Positions 52,739-64,000 of a stretch of DNA of 64,000 nucleotides are shown piece after piece. Position 1 is the first letter of the stretch, and every line of letters begins with the position of its first letter. Under the pieces are notes generated by a model. The model ran no database searches. It was not told where the DNA came from and was given only the letters and a program-made list of their open reading frames with translations. This DNA comes from Nemertoderma westbladi (Eukaryota > Animalia > Xenacoelomorpha). Location: assembly GCA_032718475.1 (NCBI GenBank), contig JAUCBJ010007728.1, positions 124,001 through 188,000 of the forward strand. Direction: 5' to 3'. The translations under genes and the position numbers were made by a program.

Positions 52739-55700
52739 ATCTCAGCTATTTCATGAACATAATGAAGTATTAAAGCCATGTCAAAATCATTGGTGTTTTT
52801 CTGCAATAATTTATCAAAATATCCTCTGATTCTTTACTATAACCATATCGATTTTAATATTTATAACTTCTAACCCACTCCACGAGATAGAGAATCGTAA
52901 ATGAAAGTCAAAAGAACAGGTAACACTTACATTTATAGCAGTAATCAGCTGTTATATGCTACGTATTTCCGCTGGAGATGAATGAATTTGGATTTTGTCA
53001 GAACACCCCCTATCTGTGGTTGTATGAGTGGAGAGATAATTAAGTAGCCTATCTCCCAATTAATATTACTGTGTTCTAGAATATTTATTATTGTTTTATC
53101 GTATTGCTAAAGTGGTTGGAGCTAAAGTTATTATGTAATGCAGTAATTCACCTCAAATATCTCAGCTATTTCATGAACATAATGAAGTATTAAAGCCATG
53201 TCAAAATAATTGGTGTTTTTCTGCAATAATTTATCAAAATATCCTCTGTTTTTTTTCAAAAACCATATATCGATTTTCTTATTTATATATTCTAACCCAC
53301 TCCACGAGATAGAGAATCTTAAATGAAAGTCAAAAGAACAGGTAACACTTACATTTATAGAAGTAATAAGCTGTTATTTGCTACGTCTTTCCGCTGGAGA
53401 TGGTTGAATTTTGATTGTGTCAGAACACCCCCTATCTATGGCTGTCTGAGTGGAGAGATAAGTAGCTTATCTCCCTATTAATATTGTTGTGTTCTAGAAT
53501 ATTTATTATAGTTTCATCGTATTGCTAAAGTGGCTGGAGCTAAAGTTATTATGTAATGCAATAATTCACCTCAAATATCTCAGCTATTTCATGAACATAA
53601 TGAAGTATTAAAGTCATGTCAAAATCATTGGTGTTTTTCTGCAATAATTTATCAAAATATCCTCTGGTTCTTTACTATAACCATATCGATTTTAATATTT
53701 ATAACTTCTAACCCACTCCACGAGATAGAGAATCTTAAATGAAAGTCAAAAGAACAGGTAACACTTACATTTATAGCAGTAATCAGCTGTTATATGCTAC
53801 GTATTTCCGCTGGAGATGAATGAATTTCGATTGTGTCAGAACACCCCCTATCTGTGGTTGTATGAGAGGAGAGATAAGTAACCTATCTCCCTATAAATAT
53901 TACTGTGTTCTAGAATATTTATTATTGTTTCATCAGATTGCTAAAGTGGTTGGAGCTAAAGTTATTATTTAATGCAATAATTCACCTCAAATTTCTCAGC
54001 TATTTCATGAACATAATGAAGTATTAAAGCCATATCAAAATCATTAGTGTTTTTCTGCAATAATTTATCAAAATATCCTCTGATTTTTTACAACAACCAT
54101 ATCGATTTTCATATTTATATCTTCTAACCCACTCCACGAGATAGAGAATCTTAAATGAAAGTCAAAAGAACAGGTAACACTTACATTTTTGGAAGTAATA
54201 AGCTGTTATTTGCTACATCTTTCCGCTGGAGATGGTTGAATTTTGATTGTGTCAGAACACCCCCTATCTATGGCTGTCTGAGTGGAGAGATAAGTAGCCT
54301 ATCTCCCTATTCATATTGTTGTGTTCTAGAATATTTATTATTGTTTCATCGTATTGCCAAAGTGACTGGAGCTAAAGTTATTATGTAATGCAATAATTCA
54401 CCACAAATATCTCAGCTATTTCATGAACATAATGAAGTATTAAAGCCATGTCAAAATAATTTGTGTTTTTCTGCAATAATTTATCAAAATATCCTGTTTT
54501 TTCAAAAACCATATCGATTTTCTTATTTATATATTCTAACCCACTCCACGAGATAGAGAATGTTAAATGAAAGTCAAAAGAACAGGTAACACTTACATTT
54601 ATAGCAGTAATCAGCTGTTATTTGCTACGTATTTCCGCTGGATATGAATGAATTTTGATTGTATCAGAACACCCCTATAGGTGGTTGTATGAGTGGAGAG
54701 ATAAGTATCCTATCTCCCTATTAATATTGTTGTGTTCTAGAATATTTTTTATGGTTTCATCGTATTGCCAAAGTAACTGGAGTTGAAGTTAACTCATAAT
54801 ACAATGATTCACCTCAAATATCTCAGCTATTTCATGAACATAATGAAGTATTAAAGCCATGTCAAAATCATTGGTGTTTTTCTGCAATAATTTATCAAAA
54901 TATCCTCTGTTTTTTTTCAAAAACCATATCGATTTTCATATTTTTACCTTCTAACCCACCCCACGAGCTAGAGAATCTTAAATGAAAGTCAAAAGAACAG
55001 GTAACACTTACATTTATAGCAGTAATCAGCTGTTATATGCTACGTATTTCCGTCTTTCCGCTGGAGATGGTTGAATTTTGATTGTGTCAGAACACCCCCT
55101 ATCTGTGGTTGTATGAGTGGAGAGATAAGTATCCTATCTCCCTATTAATATTGTTGTGTTCTAGAATATTTTTTATAGTTTCATCGTATTGCCAAAGTGA
55201 CTGGAGCTGAAGTTAACTCATAATACAATAATTCACCTCAAATATCTCAGCTATTTCATGAACATAATGAAGTATTAAAGCCATGTCAAAATCATTGGTG
55301 TTTTTCTGCAATAATTTATCAAAATATCCTCTGTTTTTTTTCAAAAACCATATCGATTTTCTTATTTATATCTTCTAACCCACTCCACGAGATAGAGAAT
55401 CTTAAATGAAATTCAAAAGAACAGGTAACACTTACATTTATGGAAGTAATAAGCTGTTATTTGCTACATCTTTCTGCTGGAGATGGTTGAATTTTGATTG
55501 TGTCAGAACACCCCCTATCTGTGGCTGTCTGAGTGGAGAGATAAGTAGCCTGCCTATCTCCCTATTAATATTGTTATGTTCTAGAATATTTATTATAGTT
55601 TCATCGTATTGCTAAAGTGGCTGGAGCTAAAGTTATTATGTAATGCAATAATTCACCTCAAATATCTCAGCTATTTCATGAAACTAATGAAGTATTAAAG

Positions 55701-58700
55701 CCATGTCAAAATCATTGGTGTTTTTCAGCAATAATTTATCAAAATATCCTCTGATTTTTTACAACAACCATATCGATTTTCATATTTTTACCTTCTAACC
55801 CACCCCACGAGCTAGAGAACATTTTCGATCAATGTCAAAATCATTGGTGTTTTTCTGCAATAATTTATCAAAATATCCTCTGATTCTTTACTATAACCAT
55901 ATCGATTTTAATATTTATAACTTCTAACCCACTCCACGAGATAGAGAATCTTAAATGAAAGTCAAAAGAACAGGTAACACTTACATTTATAGCAGTAATC
56001 AGCTGTTATATGCTACGTATTTCCGCTGGAGATGAATGAATTTTGATTGTGTCAGAACACCCCCTATCTGTGGTTGTATGAGTGGAGAGATAAGTAGCCT
56101 ATCTCCCTATTAATATTGTTGTGTTCTAGAATATTTATTATAGTTTCATCGTATTGCTAAAGTGGCTGGAGCTAAAGTTATTATGTAATGCAATAATTCA
56201 CCTCAAATATCTCAGCTATTTCATGAACATAATGAAGTATTAAAGTCATGTCAAAATCATTGGTGTTTTTCTGCAATAATTTATCAAAATATCCTCTGAT
56301 TTTTTACTATAACCATATCGATTTTAATATTTATAACTTCTAACCCACTCCATGAGATAGATAATCTTAAATGAAAGTCAAAAAAACAGGTAGCACTTAC
56401 ATTTATAGAAGTAATAAGCTGTTATTTGCTACGTCTTTCCGCTGGAGATGGTTGAATTTTGATTGTGTCAGAACACCCCCTATCTGTGGCTGTCTGAGTG
56501 GAGAGATAAGTAGCCTATCTCCCTATTAATATTGTTATGTTCTAGAATATTTATTATAGTTTCATCGTATTGCTAAAGTGGCTGGAGCTAAAGTTATTAT
56601 GTAATGCAATAATTCACCTCAAATATCTCAGCTATTTCATGAACATAATGAAGTATTAAAGTCATGTCAAAATCATTGGTGTTTTTCTGCAATAATTTAT
56701 CAAAATATCCTCTGGTTCTTTACTATAACCATATCGATTTTAATATTTATAACTTCTAACCCACTCCACGAGATAGAGAATCTTAAATGAAAGTCAAAAG
56801 AACAGGTAACACTTACATTTATAGCAGTAATCAGCTGTTATATGCTACGTATTTCCGCTGGAGATGAATTAATTTCGATTGTGTCAGAACACCCCCTATC
56901 TGTGGTTGTATGAGTGGAGAGATAAGTAGCCTATCTCCCTATTAATATTACTGTGTTCTAGAATATTTATTATTGTTTTATCGTATTGCTAAAGTGGTTG
57001 GAGCTAAAGTTATTATGTAATGCAGTAATTCACCTCAAATATCTCAGCTATTTCATGAACATAATGAAGTATTAAAGCCATGTCAAAATAATTGCTGTTT
57101 TTCTGCAATAATTTATTATCAAAATATCCTCTGATTTTTTTCAAAAACCATATCGATTTTCATATTTATAACTTCTAACCCACTCCACGAGATAGAGAAT
57201 CTTAAATGAAAGTCAAAAGAACAGTTAACACTACCATTTATAGCAGTAATCAACTGTTATATGCTACGTATTTCCGCTGGAGATGAATGAATTTTGATTG
57301 TGTCAGAACACCACCTATCTGTGGTTGTATTAGTGGAGAGATAAGTATCCTATCTCCCTATTAATATTGTTGTGTTCTAGAATATTTTTTATAGTTTCAT
57401 CGTATTGCCAAAGTGACTGGAGCTGAAGTTAACTCATAATACAATAATTCACCTCAAATATCTCAGCTATTTCATGAACATAATGAAGTATTAAAGCCAT
57501 GTCAAAATCATTGGTGTTTTTCTGCAATAATTTATCAAAATATCCTCTGATTTTTTACAACAACCATATCGATTTTCATATTTATACCTTCTAACCTACC
57601 CCACGAGATAGAGAATCTTAAATGAAAGTCAAAAGAACAGGTAACACTTACATTTATAGAAGTAATCAGCTGTTATTTGCTTCGTCTTTCTGCGGGAGAT
57701 GGATGAATTTTAATTGTGTCAGAACACCCCATATCTGTGGATGTCTGAGAGGAGAGATAAGTATCTTATCTCCCTATTAATATTGTTGTGTTCTAGAATA
57801 TTTATTATTGTTTCATCGTATTGCCAAAGTGACTGGAGCTAAAGTTATTATGTAATGCAATAATTCACCACAAATATCTCAGCTATTTCATGAACATAAT
57901 GAAGTATTAAAGCCATGTCAAAATAATTTGTGTTTTTCTGCAATAATTTATCAAAATATCCTCTGTTTTTTTTCAAAAACCATATCGATTTTCTTATTTA
58001 TATATTCTAACCCACTCCACGAGATAGAGAATCTTAAATGAAAGTCAAAAGAACAGGTAACACTTACATTTATAGAAGTAATAAGCTGTTATTTGCTACG
58101 TCTTTCCGCTGGAGATGGTTGAATTTTGATTGTGTCAGAACACCCCCTATCTATGGCTGTCTGAGTGGAGAGATAAGTAGCTTATCTCCCTATTAATATT
58201 GTTGTGTTCTAGAATATTTATTATAGTTTCATCGTATTGCTAAAGTGGCTGGAGCTAAAGTTATTATGTAATGCAATAATTCACCTCAAATATCTCAGCT
58301 ATTTCATGAACATAATGAAGTATTAAAGTCATGTCAAAATCATTGGTGTTTTTCTGCAATAATTTATCAAAATATCCTCTGGTTCTTTACTATAACCATA
58401 TCGATTTTAATATTTATAACTTCTAACCCACTCCACGAGATAGAGAATCTTAAATGAAAGTCAAAAGAACAGGTAACACTTACATTTATAGCAGTAATCA
58501 GCTGTTATATGCTACGTATTTCCGCTGGAGATGAATGAATTTCGATTGTGTCAGAACACCCCCTATCTGTGGTTGTATGAGAGGAGAGATAAGTAGCCTA
58601 TCTCCCTATAAATATTACTGTGTTCTAGAATATTTATTATTGTTTCATCAGATTGCTAAAGTGGTTGGAGCTAAAGTTATTATTTAATGCAATAATTCAC

Positions 58701-61700
58701 CTCAAATTTCTCAGCTATTTCATGAACATAATGAAGTATTAAAGCCATATCAAAATCATTGGTGTTTTTCTGCAATAATTTATCAAAATATCCTCTGATT
58801 TTTTACAACAACCATATCGATTTTCATATTTATATCTTCTAACCCACTCCACGAGATAGAGAATCTTAAATGAAAGTCAAAAGAACAGGTAACACTTACA
58901 TTTTTGGAAGTAATAAGCTGTTATTTGCTACATCTTTCCGCTGGAGATGGTTGAATTTTGATTGTGTCAGAACACCCCCTATCTGTGGCTGTCTGAGTGG
59001 AGAGATAAGTAGCCTATCTCCCTATTCATATTGTTGTGTTCTAGAATATTTATTATTGTTTCATCGTATTGCCAAAGTGACTGGAGCTAAAGTTATTATG
59101 TAATGCAATAATTCACCACAAATATCTCAGCTATTTCATGAACATAATGAAGTATTAAAGCCATGTCAAAATAATTTGTGTTTTTCTGCAATAATTTATC
59201 AAAATATCCTGTTTTTTCAAAAACCATATCGATTTTCTTATTTATATATTCTAACCCACTCCACGAGATAGAGAATGTTAAATGAAAGTCAAAAGAACAG
59301 GTAACACTTACATTTATAGCAGTAATCAGCTGTTATTTTCGTATTTCCGCTGGATATGAATGAATTTTGATTGTATCAGAACACCCCTATAGGTGGTTGT
59401 ATGAGTGGAGAGATAAGTATCCTATCTCCCTATTAATATTGTTGTGTTCTAGAATATTTTTTATGGTTTCATCGTATTGCCAAAGTAACTGGAGTTGAAG
59501 TTAACTCATAATACAATGATTCACCTCAAATATCTCAGCTATTTCATGAACATAATGAAGTATTAAAGCCATGTCAAAATCATTGGTGTTTTTCTGCAAT
59601 AATTTATCAAAATATCCTCTGTTTTTTTTCAAAAACCATATCGATTTTCATATTTTTAACTTCTAACCCACCCCACGAGCTAGAGAATCTTAAATGAAAG
59701 TCAAAAGAACAGGTAACACTTACATTTATAGCAGTAATCAGCTGTTATATGCTACGTATTTCCGCTGGAGATGAATGAATTTCGATTGTGTCAGAACACC
59801 CCCTATCTGTGGTTGTATGAGAGGAGAGATAAGTATCTTATCTCCCTATTAATATTGTTGTGTTCTAGAATATTTATTATTGTTTCATCGTATTGCCAAA
59901 GTCACTGGAGCTAAAGTTATTATGTAATGCAATAATTCACCACAAATATCTCAGCTATTTCATGAACATAATGAAGTATTAAAGCCATGTCAAAATCATT
60001 GGTGTTTTTCTGCAATAATTTATCAAAATATCCTCTGTTTTTTTTCAAAAACCATATCGATTTTCTTATTTATATATTCTAACCCACTCCACGAGATAGA
60101 GAATCTTAAATGAAAGTCAAAAGAACAGGTAACACTTACATTTATAGAAGTAATAAGCTGTTATTTGCTACGTCTTTCCGCTGGAGATGGTTGAATTTTG
60201 ATTGTGTCAGAACACCCCCTATCTATGGCTGTCTGAGTGGAGAGATAAGTAGCTTATCTCCCTATTAATATTGTTGTGTTCTAGAATATTTATTATAGTT
60301 TCATCGTATTGCTAAAGTGGCTGGAGCTAAAGTTATTATGTAATGCAATAATTCACCTCAAATATCTCAGCTATTTCATGAACATAATGAAGTATTAAAG
60401 TCATGTCAAAATCATTGGTGTTTTTCTGCAATAATTTATCAAAATATCCTCTGGTTCTTTACTATAACCATATCGATTTTAATATTTATAACTTCTAACC
60501 CACTCCACGAGATAGAGAATCTTAAATGAAAGTCAAAAGAACAGGTAACACTTACATTTATAGCAGTAATCAGCTGTTATATGCTACGTATTTCCGCTGG
60601 AGATGAATGAATTTCGATTGTGTCAGAACACCCCCTATCTGTGGTTGTATGAGAGGAGAGATAAGTAGCCTATCTCCCTATAAATATTACTGTGTTCTAG
60701 AATATTTATTATTGTTTCATCAGATTGCTAAAGTGGTTGGAGCTAAAGTTATTATTTAATGCAATAATTCACCTCAAATTTCTCAGCTATTTCATGAACA
60801 TAATGAAGTATTAAAGCCATATCAAAATCATTGGTGTTTTTCTGCAATAATTTATCAAAATATCCTCTGATTTTTTACAACAACCATATCGATTTTCATA
60901 TTTATATCTTCTAACCCACTCCACGAGATAGAGAATCTTAAATGAAAGTCAAAAGAACAGGTAACACTTACATTTTTGGAAGTAATAAGCTGTTATTTGC
61001 TACATCTTTCCGCTGGAGATGGTTGAATTTTGATTGTGTCAGAACACCCCCTATCTGTGGCTGTCTGAGTGGAGAGATAAGTAGCCTATATCCCTATTCA
61101 TATTGTTGTGTTCTAGAATATTTATTATTGTTTCATCGTATTGCCAAAGTGACTGGAGCTAAAGTTATTATGTAATGCAATAATTCACCACAAATATCTC
61201 AGCTATTTCATGAACATAATGAAGTATTAAAGCCATGTCAAAATAATTTGTGTTTTTCTGCAATAATTTATCAAAATATCCTGTTTTTTCAAAAACCATA
61301 TCGATTTTCTTATTTATATATTCTAACCCACTCCACGAGATAGAGAATGTTAAATGAAAGTCAAAAGAACAGGTAACACTTACATTTATAGCAGTAATCA
61401 GCTGTTATTTTCGTATTTCCGCTGGATATGAATGAATTTTGATTGTATCAGAACACCCCTATAGGTGGTTGTATGAGTGGAGAGATAAGTATCCTATCTC
61501 CCTATTAATATTGTTGTGTTCTAGAATATTTTTTATGGTTTCATCGTATTGCCAAAGTAACTGGAGTTGAAGTTAACTCATAATACAATGATTCACCTCA
61601 AATATCTCAGCTATTTCATGAACATAATGAAGTATTAAAGCCATGTCAAAATCATTGGTGTTTTTCTGCAATAATTTATCAAAATATCCTCTGTTTTTTT

Positions 61701-64000
61701 TCAAAAACCATATCGATTTTCATATTTTTACCTTCTAACCCACCCCACGAGCTAGAGAATCTTAAATGAAAGTCAAAAGAACAGGTAACACTTACATTTA
61801 TAGCAGTAATCAGCTGTTATATGCTACGTATTTCCGCTGGAGATGAATGAATTTCGATTGTGTCAGAACACCCCCTATCTGTGGTTGTATGAGAGGAGAG
61901 ATAAGTATCTTATCTCCCTATTAATATTGTTGTGTTCTAGAATATTTATTATTGTTTCATCGTATTGCCAAAGTCACTGGAGCTAAAGTTATTATGTAAT
62001 GCAATAATTCACCACAAATATCTCAGCTATTTCATGAACATAATGAAGTATTAAAGCCATGTCAAAATCATTGGTGTTTTTCTGCAATAATTTATCAAAA
62101 TATCCTCTGTTTTTTTTCAAAAACCATATCGATTTTCTTATTTATATCTTCTAACCCACTCCACGAGATAGAGAATCTTAAATGAAATTCAAAAGAACAG
62201 GTAACACTTACATTTATGGAAGTAATAAGCTGTTATTTGCTACATCTTTCTGCTGGAGATGGTTGAATTTTGATTGTGTCAGAACACCCCCTATCTGTGG
62301 CTGTCTGAGTGGAGAGATAAGTAGCCTATCTCCCTATTAATATTGTTATGTTCTAGAATATTTATTATAGTTTCATCGTATTGCTAAAGTGGCTGGAGCT
62401 AAAGTTATTATGTAATGCAATAATTCACCTCAAATATCTCAGCTATTTCATGAAACTAAAGAAGTATTAAAGCCATGTCAAAATCATTGGTGTTTTTCAG
62501 CAATAATTTATCAAAATATCCTCTGATTTTTTACAACAACCATATCGATTTTCATATTTTTACCTTCTAACCCACCCCACGAGCTAGAGAATCTTAAATG
62601 AAAGTCAAAAGAACAGGTAACACTTACATTTATAGAAGTAATCAGCTATTATTTGCTACGTCTTTCCACTGGAGATGGATAAATTTTGATTGTGTCAGAA
62701 CACCCCCTATCTGTGGATGTCTTAGAGGAGAGATAAGTGTCCTATCTCCCTATTAATATTGTTGTGTTCTAGAATATTTATTATTGTTTCATCGTATTGC
62801 CAAATTGAATGGAGCTAAAGTTATTATGTAATGCAATAATTCACCACAAATATCTCAGCTATTTCATGAACATAATGAAGTATTAAAGCCATGTCAAAAT
62901 CATTGGTGTTTTTCTGCAATAATTTTCAAAATATCCTCTGTTTTTTTTCAAAAACCATATCGATTTTCTTATTTATATCTTCTAACCCACTCCACGAGAT
63001 AGAGAATCTTAAATGAAATTCAAAAGAACAGGTAACACTTACATTTATGGAAGTAATAAGCTGTTATTTGCTACATCTTTCTGCTGGAGATGGTTGAATT
63101 TTGATTGTGTCAGAACACCCCCTATCTGTGGCTGTCTGAGTGGAGAGATAAGTAGCCTATCTCCCTATTAATATTGTTATGTTCTAGAATATTTATTATA
63201 GTTTCATCGTATTGCTAAAGTGGCTGGAGCTAAAGTTATTATGTAATGCAATAATTCACCTCAAATATCTCAGCTATTTCATGAAACTAATGAAGTATTA
63301 AAGCCATGTCAAAATCATTGGTGTTTTTCAGCAATAATTTATCAAAATATCCTCTGATTTTTTACAACAACCATATCGATTTTCATATTTTTACCTTCTA
63401 ACCCACCCCACGAGCTAGAGAATCTTAAATGAAAGTCAAAAGAACAGGTAACACTTACATTTATAGAAGTAATCAGCTATTATTTGCTACGTCTTTCCAC
63501 TGGAGATGGATAAATTTTGATTGTGTCAGAACACCCCCTATCTGTGGATGTCTTAGAGGAGAGATAAGTGTCCTATCTCCCTATTAATATTGTTGTGTTC
63601 TAGAATATTTATTATTGTTTCATCGTATTGCCAAAGTGAATGGAGCTAAAGTTATTATGTAATGCAATAATTCACCACAAATATCTCAGCTATTTCATGA
63701 ACATAATGAAGTATTAAAGCCATGTCAAAATAATTGGTGTTTTTCTGCAATAATTTATCAAAATATCCTCTGTTTTTTTTTCAAAAACCATATCGATTTT
63801 CTTATTTATATATTCTAACCCACTTCACGAGATAGAGAATCTTAAATGAAAGTCAAAAGAACAGGTGACACTTACATTTATAGAAGTAATAAGCTGTTAT
63901 TTGCTACGTCTTTCTGCTGGAGATGGTTGAATTTTGATTGTGTCAGAACACCCCCTATCTGTGGCTGTCTGAGTGGAGAGATAAGTAGCCTATCTCCCTA
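52739..64000. repeat. Satellite array, ~417-bp monomer (right subfamily), ~27 copies
   Basis: Same monomer and orientation as the left array, with distinct variants (AGTAATAAGCTG, GGAGATGGTTGAA, TCTTTACTATAACC). Confidence 0.98.

Overview
Eukaryotic, probably invertebrate, satellite DNA. An AT-rich ~417-bp tandem satellite (1-15964, 21103-21852, 52739-64000) with local higher-order repeats is interrupted by three decayed LTR retrotransposons. The first is a Mag-like Ty3/gypsy element (-, 15965-21102). The other two are related but clearly diverged BEL/Pao elements joined head-to-head: A (-, 21853-~33484, 5'-truncated) and B (+, ~33485-52738, ~19 kb). B carries a ~1-kb palindromic hAT-type MITE with an 8-bp TSD. 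The main novelty is an accessory kit shared by both BEL elements. (1) A ~1240-aa second ORF in the env position encodes a WRN/EXD/Mut-7-like DEDDy 3'-5' exonuclease, three zinc knuckles and an RS/RG tail, with a conserved intron in its leader. (2) About 20 dispersed copies of a 20-bp palindrome (GGAAGRCTYGYGAGCCTWYC) occur in different reading frames and in UTRs, with compensatory changes. (3) A tRNA-derived Pol III A/B-box module lies in the LTR U3. All calls come from manual reading and motif recognition; no searches were run, and some coordinates are approximate.
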